NCBI RefSeq assembly: GCF_006345805.1
Contig: NC_043003.1
Coordinates: 41,292,001 to 41,356,000 of the forward strand
Length of the DNA: 64,000 nt
Direction of reading: 5' to 3'
DNA from: Octopus sinensis
Lineage: Eukaryota
The position numbers and the translations under genes were made by a program. Below are positions 37,520 through 50,575 of this stretch, one piece after another (the stretch's first letter is position 1; each line of letters begins with the position of its first letter). The notes below the pieces were generated by a model that was not told the DNA's origin, made no database searches, and saw nothing but the letters and a program-made list of their open reading frames with translations.

Positions 37520-38455
37520 TACTGCTTTAAAAAGACTGTATGAGGAACATTTGGCATTTATTTCTAGCAGGTTGGAGGGCGAGTTAGAGGATCAAATATT
37601 GGGCTCAGATAACAGATAGGAAAAATAGTGTAAAACTTTTAGTTACCTCGTTAAATGAATGCTTAACATAGGACAATAATTTAATTACGATGGTGTATTG
37701 AAGATTTTCGTTGAAGCAGACATTGAACAGAATTAGAGATGCCTGGTTTTCACTTGGTTTGCTTTCTAATAATAAAGTTGCCATAATGATAATGTGTGCT
37801 TGTTTCTTGCTGTTAATGGAGGTCACCCACTGTCTGGATGAAACTATTTGGAAATAGATATAAGCAATATATTAGCTGTTGTATATTCATTGTTACTAAG
37901 CCACAAACAAACATAGAAATTCTACATATATATCTACGCGCATAAGAATTGGATGTGTAAGTGGATATGCTTTATAAATGACATCTTGTAAATTAAATTG
38001 TGACCACATACCCACAGCCATACACATACGTTGGCATATAAGTGTTGCTTTGTTTACGTCCTTGTAACTTATCGGTTCAGTAAAATGAGAGCCATAGAGT
38101 AAGACCCAGGTAAAAAAAAGCAAAAGAAATGTACAGGGGTCTACTATACTGTTCAAGGCAGAGCTGTAACATGGCCAAAGTCTAATGATTGAAAAAAGTA
38201 AGTGATAAATTAAAATGTAAAAAACATGCATTAAATTTTCTTTGTCTGAAGCAGAGTGGAACCTGATTAGATCGCACAAAAAAAAAGTACGAATCCAGTT
38301 TTAATCTGGTTGGGGATTTCGATCAAATGAATATAATCATATTATTTAAAAAAAGAGCCGGGAACCGAAATTTAATTAGGAGCAAAAAACTTATATTCAA
38401 GCACAGTCTCTGTGGGTCTATCTCTCTATCTCACACTCACCACTCTCTCTCACTG

Positions 38456-38517
<62 letters not shown>

Positions 38518-38518
38518 A

Positions 38519-38591
<73 letters not shown>

Positions 38592-38660
38592 GCTATATAT
38601 ATATATACACACACATACACACACACACACATACACACACATACATATATATGCATGTGT
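38456..38660. repeat. Compound (CTAT)n-(CT)n-(TA)n-(CA)n microsatellite
   Basis: Direct reading. Confidence 0.95.
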
Positions 38661-39340
38661 GTGTGTCTGTGTGTGATATGCAAGCAAACACAAACTTGCA
38701 CATAAATATATACTTATACGAATACATGTATGCTTCCAGCAAAGTTTAGACCTGCTATTAAATGCAATCCAGTTGTTGGTAACAGCCTAATCGTTTGTGG
38801 AAGACGAGGGACAATCCTACATTCGCGGGAATAGAAAACCTCACCTCGGTCAATATTTTCCGATATATGGTCTCTTTAAAACAATAGGATAAAGCACGAA
38901 GGCCAATTCACATCCGTATATAACAAGACATGTGACGCTACGAGGCTACCAATTTGGCTCAAATAATGGTGTAAGATTACCTCATTAAACCACAGCTTAA
39001 TTTAGAAGAATAATTTAATAACCAAGGTGTTGGGAACAATATTAGTTTTAGCAGATATTAAACAGAATTACAGCTGTCAAAGTTTTACATTTTTTTCTTG
39101 TCATCTTAGTAAGGTTGTTGATTTTTTTTAGTGTGATGTGTTCATGGAGTTCATCTGTTGTATGAATAACATTGTTTTTGGAATTAGATATTTATCCAAT
39201 GGAATATTAACAGCTTTATGTTCTCGGTGCAAACACACTGAGAAACAGGAAGAGAGAGAGAGAGAGAGCAGAGAAACAAGAAAGAGTGTCGGTGTGCGCG
39301 TGCGCGGTGTGACTGTGCGTTGTCTGCACAAGCATATATG

Positions 39341-39376
<36 letters not shown>

Positions 39377-39379
<3 letters not shown>

Positions 39380-39900
39380 TTCTACACACATACATATATG
39401 TAATTGATGCATATATACATACACACATACACACACATACACACTCTCGTGCGAGTGCACATATGTAGACACATACTTATATTTCGTGTGAGTTCTAAGT
39501 TTCCGGTTTTTGGTTATCCTTCTTTGTGCATTGTGTTTCTATGCATAATGTACATGTGTGTGAGAGCGAATGTGAATGTGCATATATATATATATATAAT
39601 ATATATATATATATTATACATACATCATTATGTATATATGTATATATATATACTTCTACACACATACATATATTTGCATATATGTATATACATACATATA
39701 TATGTAATTTGATGCATATATACATACACACATACACACACATACACACTCTCGTGCGGGTGCACATATGTAGACACATACTTATATTTCGTGTGAGTTC
39801 TAAGTTTCCGGTTTTTGGTTATCCTTTCTTTGTGCATTGTGTTTCTATGCATAAATGTACATGTGTGTGAGAGCGAAGTAAATGTGCATATATATATATA
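39377..39900. repeat. Tandem duplication, ~305-bp period
   Basis: ctctcgtgcg..gtgagttctaagtttccggtttttggttatcc occurs at 39444 and 39749. Confidence 0.93.
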
Positions 39901-40604
39901 TATATATGAATATCTATATTCACACATGTATATATATTCATATATATATATGTGTGTATGCGTTTGTGTGTGGTGTGTATGTGTGCACATGCGTTATTTA
40001 AATAAGAGTTATTATTTCTCAACGCAGTAAAAATTTAGTTCTCACTCTTTATTTCTCATCGTTTATTCCATCAATCATATTTTGGGCTGATTGATTTTTA
40101 TTTTACTTGATTTAATTTCATTTTTGCATATTTAAAAAAAAAAAATTCTCCCATTGTTATTTGAATCAGTTTTCCTCCTTTCCTGCAAAACATATACAGA
40201 AACACTATAAATTAACATCCATAATCCTACATTAATATAAGAGTTATGTTCATACATACATTCTCACCCCTCTGCAAATACGTTCATGGATGTTATGCCC
40301 ACAGTTATGCATTTTTCTACGTTCGTGTATATATATATGTATGTGTATTTGATAGCGTCTATTTGAATGCTTGTGTGCGTGGGCATGGGTATTTGTATCT
40401 AGGAGTGAACATTAGCACGCATAAACTCATATACACATGCATATAATATGTAATGAACACACGTCCACGTACACACACTCACACACACACACACACACAC
40501 ACATTTATATATATATATTATACATACATCATTATGTATATATGTATATATGTGGTCACCTGTATATCAATATCTGTCTCTCTATCTCTCTATTTCTGAG
40601 CATG

Positions 40605-40644
<40 letters not shown>

Positions 40645-40729
40645 TAGATAGACATACATACATACATACAGATGCAAACACAAAACGAACACGCACACAC
40701 GACATGCATATGCATATATATATAATTTG

Positions 40730-40793
<64 letters not shown>

Positions 40794-41524
40794 CGTATGT
40801 ATGTATGTATGTACGCACATTCATATTTATGTGTGTGTGTGTATGTCTGTGTTAGTGTGTGTGAGTGTCTGTGTATATGTCTGCGTGTTTTTTATGTGGG
40901 TGAATGTGAGTAGGGATGTTTGTATTTCTATTGGATTGGGTTTTGCAATAAAGAAACACAAACCAAACAAACGTAAAGTGATATGAATGAATACCTTGCT
41001 TTGAAACGTTGTTTTGGCAAAGTTTCAACGAAAATTGCTAATGATTCAGAAAATTTAAAAAGTGAACAAACAATTATAGATTTTTTCTTGAATGGCTCAA
41101 TGGCTAAAAAGCAGCGCTACTCTATGGTCATACATCACTGGCATATAAAAGTTTGGCGCTTTGGAGAAAACCTTCGAAATATGAAATTTGAATTATTGTT
41201 TTGCTGGAGAATGCACGTCTGAATTTTGGAATGTCATCATTCAACGCCTTCTATAAATCTCTAGAATTACACATAATCTTCATAAATTTTTAAAAAAATT
41301 ATCGATATAATTAAGATAGTATATACACGTGCACAAACGCTGAAAAATATGTCGATAATAGTTAATTGAAAATGCTTATATCGCTCAATCACATTATGCT
41401 AATTAATCCGCAGTATTTGAAATCATACACACACACGCATTAGCATACACAAATTCGTATGTATATATATATATATATATATTATGTGTGTGAGTGTGTG
41501 TGTGCGCGTGTATATAGGTACACA

Positions 41525-41934
41525 CTTTTACTCTTTTATTTGTTTCAGTCATGTGACTGTGGACATGCTGGAGCACCGCCTTTGGTCGAGCAAATCGACC
41601 CCAGGACTTATTCTTTGTAAACTTAGTACTTATTCTATCGGTCTCTTTTCTCAAACCACTAACTGACGGGGACGTAAACACACCAGCATCGGTTGCCAAG
41701 CGATGTTGGGGTGACAATCACAGACTCACAAACATACACACACACAGACATACACACATATACATATATACGACGGGCTTCTTTCAGTTTCCGTCAACCA
41801 AATCCACTCACAAGGCATTGATCGGCCCGAGGCTATAGTAGAAGACACATGCCCAAGGTGCCACGCAGTGGGACTGAACCCGGAACCATGTTGTTCGTAA
41901 ACAAGCTACTTACCACACAGCCACTCCTACGCCT
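41525..41934 (-). mobile_element. SINE family A, full length
   Basis: Head aggcgtaggagtggctgtgtggtaagtagc (A box), ggttcagtccc (B box), ccttgggca CORE-like motif, internal microsatellite, tail. Confidence 0.93.
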
Positions 41935-42152
41935 ATGTATGTGGATGTGTACGTTTGTGTATATTTTCATCTATGATTCTTGATAACCAGTGTTGTTGTG
42001 TTTATGTCCCCGTAACTTTGTGGATCATCAAAAGAAGCAAATAGAGAAAGTACCAGGTTTAAACCAAAAGCTCTTTAGTCGATATATTAAACTAAAAGTT
42101 TTCAGCAAAATAAAACAGCATGACAGTAGGGAAATGAGTAAAACATTTGAGT

Positions 42153-42263
<111 letters not shown>

Positions 42264-42594
42264 CATATATAAAAGCAAGTTGTCTGTTTGTGTCACGTTG
42301 CCGTCAACGACTGTAAACGAACTTTTGTGAAACTTTGCAAACATGCTAAGTAACATCTAGTTTGTTACTAAGCTCATTGAAGTTTAATAAAACTCTATAA
42401 TTAGATGGCAATGGCCCCTGGAAGGGATCCACATATATAATTATTATCAGTCAAATGAAATAACCCATTTATTTTCTAATATCATTTGGCATAAATCAAG
42501 TTGAGTATGTTTATTTCTTAGTATTGAACTGTTTGATATGTTTTCCCAATTAATCCAGTGCAACCCTTAAACAAGTAAATAGTATTTACATTAT

Positions 42595-42738
42595 TTGCAT
42601 TATTTACAATTGACGGATATTTGTCCTCATTTTGTTTGTTTTTCGAACCTGGGTTCTTATTGGGAATAAGAACCCAGGTTCGAAATATCACCCAGACACC
42701 TGATGAAGCCTGGAGGGTATATCAGCCGAAACTTTGTG
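42595..42738 (+). mobile_element. Hammerhead-bearing terminal repeat preceded by an inverted partial copy
   Basis: 21-bp perfect hairpin 42641-42685; GACAC-CUGAUGA-A-GCCUG..CAGCC-GAAAC at 42695-42732; 42595-42640 is the reverse complement of the family tail seen at 47715-47760. Confidence 0.75.
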
Positions 42739-42799
42739 CATGTATGTATGTATGTATGTATGTATGTATGTGTGTATGTATGTATGTATGCATGTATGC

Positions 42800-42855
<56 letters not shown>

Positions 42856-43084
42856 CATCGTAGTTTAAATTCTTAAACCATGTGGGGCGATCACTCCGGC
42901 ACACTGTGTACTTGTTCAGGCAGCGTCGATTTGATAGGGGGAGTTAGAGAGTGAGATGATATATTGTACGTCCATCTCATCCCTAAAAACAAAATGATTT
43001 GTGTAGGTCATTTAGCAAAGACAATCTTCCGTCGTCTTCGACGGCAAGTTCGTCTTATATACATACATATATACATAATACATA

Positions 43085-43450
<366 letters not shown>

Positions 43451-46400
43451 TATATCTTGAGGCAAGTCATATATACACGTACGTTGCATTTATCGAAAAG
43501 TTACATTGTCCCATTGCAATTGTATATGTAGACAGTTTATTGGCTTGTTAAACTGGGTTCTCTCGACGTGTTTTCAGTCTCAGAGAATAGATTATTTACA
43601 CTATCAACAAACTCAAGACACTTCAGCGAACTTAAGCTTATTACGTGAATATCACAATGCACACCCAGCATATTTACTCCATTTTAAATCTTATTCAGTA
43701 GTCTGAATGGCTAATCTTTTTGTCTACTTGCTCAGAGTTCATGAACCAAAATCTTCTACAAGCATTTTTTGTAATTCTGAGCAAAAAATGTTATTGGATA
43801 GTGTCTTGCTAGCTGTTGGGTTTAGCTTCGGTTGGAAAGAGAGCGATACATAAAACCAAATGGATACATCTGTGAGAACGTAGGAAATACATTGTGAGTT
43901 ATACTAAGTGTGCAACGCCATGAGAAGCAATGACCCTTGACATTCTCGCATCACGATTTACGAGACATTTAGAATCAGTAATTATTTTTTTCTTTTTGCT
44001 CGAGTAATTTTCAGAAGCAGAAGCATAACATATGCGACCAACATCGATAGGCTATGAATCTAAATAAATGAGATCTCACCTCTACTCGCCATTTTCGTAT
44101 AACATTAAAAGATATTTCTAGCAGACGTTTTATTTTTCTACATTTATTATAATCAATACAAAAACATGACTAGCATATTCAGAATACTTGGAATTACGCT
44201 GTGGGATTTCCAGTGTTATAACACACGTTTGTAGAAAAAGTATTTATTGGTTCTTCAATAATCTAAACCGTTGTTTGGTATTGATTGCAACAAATGCAAA
44301 TCTGTGCTGAACGGAGAGTTACAAAACTCTGGGTAATATAAAATGAACACCGTAAAGCATCTTCAACATTAAAATCATAGAAAGGAACTTTATTCATGGC
44401 TGTGAGATTGTTTAGAGAATATATTCAGAAACCATTTTATAAACCTGATGAATTTTATCTAATTGCAAATGAATCTATGAGATTTTACATGAATATTATA
44501 AATACTTGAGTGAGTTTCTGCCTTTGCTCACAATATATTGCTTTTATAAGAATATAAAAAAGCATGTTTTGTCTTGGGTAAAAAAGTATTATTAAAATAA
44601 GGGAACTTGAAATTACATCTGGTACTAAGAATCAGTAAGTGACAAAATATTCTGAATATCAAGAAAAAAGATCCAAAATAGTTTAGTACAGAATACAACT
44701 TTAGTAATATATACAACTTTTGAATATGTGCGGACTAACTGAGAGGGTTTCAAGATAATAGCACAAAAAAAACGCAAACGGGGTAAATATATTGTTCTCC
44801 AATCAAGAAATATTTTTGAAATTTTCATTTACCGTCTTGTTTTCTCGGAGGAAATGCCAAGTATGAATCATTATATGTTTACTTTTGTGTTGAACATAAA
44901 TCATCTTTATGCATATATTTACCTGAGAAAGTTTATAATATACTTATATACATTACGCCCGTGCGCACGTGTCTACGTGTGTGCGCACAGAATAGCATAT
45001 TTTCCATCCTGTCTTCGGTAGAATTCAAGCTTAGATCCAATGCGGACTCAGAACAGAAAACCTACCCCATAATTCGACTCAATATTGCTTATAGGAATAG
45101 GCTACTCCCCTCATTCTTATTCAAAATTTCTGTATTTCTTCCTCTTTCTGTGAAATAAACCATGGTAGTGACCTTTACGTGCTCTTTTCTTTCTTCATGA
45201 ATTCATAAAGGCCCATCTCTTTTTTTCACCGCAACCACACGCCTCTTAAACGAATGCAAACGTGCGACCTATTTATTTACATACACATAGAATCGATCCC
45301 AGCTCTCAATGTTATCATCATGCAGAGTGAAAAGATACTTTGCAAAACTCGAAGTCCATCCAGAGTATGTGCAGCAGCTTCGCCAAACGGAATCTTTCAG
45401 GCAACATATCTAAACGCCGATATATATTGCACAATCTTACTCTTCTAGTCGGAAGACTGCTCCAGTACAATACTTCTACAGGAGATCGGTGAATTTCTTT
45501 ATAACTATATCGATACATTTTAAATTAACCTAATGCTTTCCACACGCTTCCTACATTACTGCTATGGGTCCTCCTCAAACTAACAGTCTTTTAGCAGCAC
45601 ATCTGTTAGTGTGTTCGACCTTGAGCTGCCCGTTTCAAATGCAGTACTATGTTGCTTCGTAATTGTAATATGCGCATGATTCTTAGGCTGGTCACTTTCC
45701 CGTTTCGCTGTCTAAGAGTGTGGTCATGTGTGTCATATATGTGTGTGTATGAGTGTATATGTGTTCGATATCAGGATGTAATTTCAATATGCGCATGATT
45801 CTTAGGCTGTGATCTGTTTTTTTCATGTGTGGGATGCACGGCCCGAATCGTCACTAGTTAAGTGAGAGGAGTATTGATTCTGCATTTCTTCCCTATACAT
45901 TTAATGAAGCGTGAGAAGTAAGAGAGACAGCCGCTGTTCGTTCCAGTATTTGCTCACAACGTTTGCGGACCTTTATCGTGATAGACTGGAAAATGCGGCG
46001 AATTTCTTTATCAATGGCCACATTGCTCTCGAGTGTATACGTTTCGAAAGTTCATTTCCTTCCCTTGTACATCAGCTCGGTACACACTTAGTTTACCAGT
46101 ATGCAACCAGGATAGTTAGGAATGGCTTAATCTACCGAAGCAGCGAAATGGCTTAAACGACGGAAATAGGGTAAAATGGTTCTAAATATAATCTTCTTGA
46201 AGTAGCTTTTCTTTGAAAAGCGTGTCTCTTTTTCTAGATGAATAAAATGCGGTAAAATGTGTGTGCTTTTTTATGCGCTCGTCTTTCTATGTAGTTTTAT
46301 ATATAATCTAACGTGACTGAGATATTGCAAGTCACAGAGAGATTTTAACTCCTATTTAAACTGCCTGATGAGAAATAAAGTTCTCAAAAGGAAACGTTCT

Positions 46401-47272
46401 CTATAAGAAGATTTGCTACAAGATACCATCTCGCATATTCTTTTTATATCGTGCGTTAGGACTTATCTTTTTTCCGTATATACTTTCACTGTATAGACTT
46501 TATTACATAACCCCAAATAATTCATAATTTATATACAAAATACTTGATCATTTCGGTGAAAAATGATTTGCTTAAACTGATTATGATGTACTCCGTTGAG
46601 AACGCATAGATGCTGGTACCGAACACAAATATATTCAAACGTACATACATACGACACACATGCCCACAAACTTACACAGAGAACTGACAAAGTGAATAGT
46701 ATGAGAAGAAGGTAAAATAATGCAAGATAATCTAAAATTATCTGTAGAACATTATGAAATATAGGCAAAAACGTTTAAAGAACCCAGGATGGAGATAAAT
46801 AGCAAAAGTATGCAAAGACAAATGTGAATAAGAGGAGATGAAAAGTAAGATGAAGTGGAAGAAAATGATAGAAAGGAAAAGAAGAAAAAATAAGATGATG
46901 CTAATGACGATGATGATGAAGGAGAAATAAAAGAAGAAACAAAAGATGAAGAAGATAAGGGGAAACGGAGAAGAAAAAGAAGTATGTGCCAAACAAACGT
47001 AATAATTGAAAATGTATCCTGAATATCATAGTTAAAGAATCAATAGCTATCATACAATAGACCATATTTAGGCAAGATGCCAGAATGTTGCCAAGTAGAT
47101 TTTCCTCTCAACAGAAATATAAAATACCAGAGAGAAAGAGAGCAGGCTGTGTATGTGTGCCTGTGTGAGAGAAAGAAGCAGCGAAAGAGAAAATGCGTGG
47201 AAATCTCTACAGCTGCTGCTGATGCTGGTAATTATGATAATGATGATGATGATGATAATAATAATAATAATA

Positions 47273-47314
<42 letters not shown>

Positions 47315-47323
47315 TAATAATCC

Positions 47324-47527
47324 TTTCTACAATAGGCACAAGGTATCAGATTTGGTGGGAGGGGTTAGTCGATTACCAGTGTTTCACTGGTACTTAGCTT
47401 ATCGACCCCAAAAGGATGAAAGGCAAAGTCAACCTTAGTGGAATTTGAACTCAGAACATAAAGACAGACGAAATGTCACAGAACATTTTACCCGGCGTGT
47501 TAACGATTCTGCCAGCTTTGCGCCTTA
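47324..47527 (-). mobile_element. SINE family B monomer
   Basis: ggatgaaaggcaaagtcaacc..ggaatttgaactcagaac..ttctgccagct. Confidence 0.88.
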
Positions 47528-47579
47528 ACAACAACAACAACAACAGCAAGAAGAAGAAGAACAACAACAATAATAGTGA

Positions 47580-47638
<59 letters not shown>

Positions 47639-47642
47639 TCGA

Positions 47643-47775
47643 AATCCCAGGTTCGAAATTTCCCCAAGACACCTGATGAAGACTGGATGTTATATCAACC
47701 GAACCGTTGTGTTAACAACAAACAAAATGACAAATATCAGTCAAATGTAAATAATGTAAATAATGTAAATAATAT
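47643..47775 (+). mobile_element. Second copy of the hammerhead-bearing terminal-repeat family, core mutated
   Basis: cccaggttcgaaat..gacacctgatgaag..ccgaaccgttgtgtt, ending in an (aatgtaaat)x3 tail. Confidence 0.8.
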
Positions 47776-48089
47776 GTACCTCCTTATGCTTTGAGTTCAA
47801 ATTCCGCTGAGATCAAACTTTGTTTTTCATTTCACAGAAGATTATAAAATAATGTGGCAATCTAGTAATCGTTTCGATAGTATTGACTCAACATTAATTC
47901 TCTCAAAATTAATCATGGCAACACGTATGTTTTCCTCGAACAAGGAGCCTCTTTCAATTGTTCTCTGTATATTAATATTTCCGTAGATTATAGTAGAATT
48001 ACTGCGAAAGGGCAGTTTTGGCTGCCACCTTGTCATACTTGTGTTACTTTAAAGGCTAGAGCTCCTTCTGCGAGAGAATATATTGCTAA

Positions 48090-48520
48090 TGACTTCTGGA
48101 TGCGTTGTAAGTAGGACTGGTGATGACGCTGTATAACATGTTGAACTGTAAGGTCTTCATCAGAGCACTTTCTACAGACCACAGATCTGGCATTGATTGT
48201 ATGTCCATACTGATCCCAGTCAGCAATATTTACATCAGCGATTAGCGATTGCTCGTATGTGCCATGAAGGAGAGTTTTTGCCAGGAGCTGGCATCACCAA
48301 TGTTCCTGACGATGACCCGCATGTGCCGAATCTCCTCATGATATCGCGTACTATTTGGGTGTTGGCACTGACCCCATCTTCTTATATAAAAAAAAGGATA
48401 CATATTGTGCCATATGTCTATCCTCATCCAATGAAGAACATTTTACTTATAGAATCTTCCGGAGCTTTCTCCATTTCACGTTTAAATGGGAGCTTATAAA
48501 CAGTTGCGGTTTTCGTAAGA
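48090..48520 (-). pseudogene. Probable piggyBac transposase C-terminal remnant
   Basis: Frame-broken RKS.RFYK*MFF..DMA...SFFLYKK followed by R*CKYC*LGSVWTYNQCQICGL*KVL**RPYSSTCY, resembling the piggyBac Cys-rich domain. No TIR/TTAA end found. Confidence 0.5.
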
Positions 48521-49139
48521 CAGAAATACATTACCTTTCTTCTTCCATAAGCCAATGTAGTTGGTTGCGAAAAACCGGCCCTAGTTTGATGTACAACTAA
48601 TTGGATTTTCGATCCGTCATGAAGAACTTTTGTACCGATAGTTTCGTATCGATAGTTTTCTTTTTTGATAGAAAATTCACAAAATTCAATTTATTGTTCA
48701 TGTTTACACCCAAACGAAGCATACTTTTGCTGCTGTTGTTGTCGGCAAGAAATGGACTCGGCAGAGTTGTGTCTTCGTCCATATTATTATCTTGCGTTGC
48801 AATCAAATTAACATTCCGTTTTTTTTTGGGTGGGGTTGCTTTGTGTGTGAATCGATGCAAAATTTTGTACGTTTTTCTCTTTTCCATTTCGATGTGTACA
48901 GTAAAATGTTCATTATCGTTAACTCGAGAGGAAAAAAATGTAATTTGTTTTCCAAAAATATACGCAACCATTATTTCTCATTTTGTTAGACTTCAGAAAC
49001 AAAACTTCAAACTGGAGGATGAAAGGCAAATTTGGCCTCAGCGAGAACCGGAAAAAAAGTTGCTTGGAATTTTTTGTGATACTCTTTTAGTTATGCCAGT
49101 CCATGCTTCTAACAAAAATAACACCAACAATCCCTTTTA

Positions 49140-49255
49140 TTATTACATCAAACTGAGGGCTCGAAAAGGATGAACAGCAAAGTCAACTTCGGCAGAATTG
49201 GATCTCAGAACATAAAAGTGGTTGAAATACTGCATTTGTCCGACGTGCTAACTGT
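49140..49255 (-). mobile_element. SINE family B, decayed
   Basis: aaaggatgaacagcaaagtcaacttcggcagaattggatctcagaac. Confidence 0.7.
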
Positions 49256-49419
49256 TTAGAAATGTAAAAAAAAAAAATACTCGATTACAAACGAAACCAT
49301 AAGGGCAACATAGAAACAGGAATAGCTCATAAATGAATGTATGACTCGGAAGTGAATAAGAAAAGAATCTTGCAGGCAATTGCATAACCCAAAACCCAAA
49401 TATACTAAACATCTATACA

Positions 49420-50575
49420 TAGTAATGGGGAGAATTCACAAAATAAATAAATAAATAAATAAAAGACGAAGACAGGTGGTGTAGACAACAAACAGATATA
49501 TTAGTATAACGCTTGGGAAGTGAAAAAGTCTTTAACGTTTCGAGCCTATGCTCTTTAACAGAAAGGAACACAGAAAGAAACAAGGAGAGAAAATAAAGAA
49601 TATGTAGGGGCTAGCGATCTATCATGGCGAATGTCGGACAGAAGGGTCACACAGGAGCGCTAGGGAGAAGGGAAGATAATAAAGCAGTGGTGATCCCAAT
49701 ACGAAGGTGCGCGTGCGTAGTATAAGGGAGTTTGTATGTGCGTGTGGAAGAGGGCGTGTGCGTGTGGGTGTAGGTGTGAAAATGTGGGTCTGTTAAGTGG
49801 TCAGTGCTGATGAGTGCGTGGTGGTGGGTTGTGATGTGATGTATTGTGTGGTATGGTAGTGTAAGGTGTAGTGGTGTGTGGTGTGGTGTAATGGTGTTGG
49901 GAGGTGGGGGAGGCGAGAGTGGGGAAAGTAAGGGTAGAGGGTGGGTTAGGCTGAGGGTGGGGTATGTGGGTAGGCGGAGGGTGAGAATAGAGGTGGGGTA
50001 TGTGGGAGTGGGTGGGATGGGATGGGGAAGGATAGGGAAAGTGGGGTGGAATGTGTAGGGGTGGGGTGGGCTTACGAGGGAGGGGTGACGATGAAGGGAG
50101 AAGGAGAAGATGGGTAGGAATAAAGAAGAGAAGGAGAGTAAGAGTGAAGTGAAGGAATCGGAGCAAGAGAGGAGAGATGGGTGGGAGGAAGTAGGCGTAA
50201 GGGGGAGAGAGGCGGGGGAAGAAGGTTAGATGAAGATAGGGAGCACAGTTGAGCAGAGAGAGCAGGAGATGCAGTAGATGATATTGGTAGAAGTGCAGGT
50301 GAAGGAGTCGGTGATGTGGTAGTGTCGATGATGGGTGCCAGTGAGGAGGGTGGTGTTGAAGAGGTAAGAGCAAGTGCGACTGCTTGGACGGGAGCAGGGG
50401 AACGAGCCAGGTTGGCAGGTTGGGTTAGGGAAGAAGCTGTGGTCCAAGAGGTCTCGTTGGTTGTGGGCTCGTTTGAAGGAAGAGAAGGGTCGATTAGGGA
50501 AGATGTGCGAAGTGGAGTGGTCAGACTGGAGTCGCCGGAAGGCTCGGAGAATGGTGCGTTGGATACTGACAAAGT
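49420..50575 (-). mobile_element. 3' part of a Penelope-like element: linker and partly deleted GIY-YIG, C-rich spacer, pLTR with hammerhead-like motif
   Basis: FKRAHNQRDLL..PGSFPCSRPSSRTCSYL..FTCTSTNIIYCISCSLCS; motif at 49530-49565. Confidence 0.88.
49530..49565 (-). ncRNA. Hammerhead-like motif, core decayed (CUGUUAA)
   Basis: CUUU-CUGUUAA-A-GAGC(AUAG)GCUC-GAAAC-GUU-AAAG. Confidence 0.5.

Noticed and set aside
44160-44520. Possible Helitron PIF1 helicase remnant (WDFQCY similar to GDFRQCL)
   Set aside because: One weak motif only; no Rep domain or CTAG end seen.
45930-46060. Possible RTE RT C-terminal remnant on minus; similar weak signal at 62560-63060
   Set aside because: Needs several frameshifts to align; too degenerate to support.
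46360-46402. ctgatga...gaaacgtt
   Set aside because: Stem II does not close at the core.
48130-48200. Alternative reading CRKCSDEDLTVQHV as an RLE zinc knuckle
   Set aside because: The final Cys is absent, and the piggyBac reading is supported by two separate motifs.
48597-49173. Overlapping 124-aa and 190-aa ORFs
   Set aside because: Low-complexity A/T-run composition, partly SINE-derived, with no recognisable domain.
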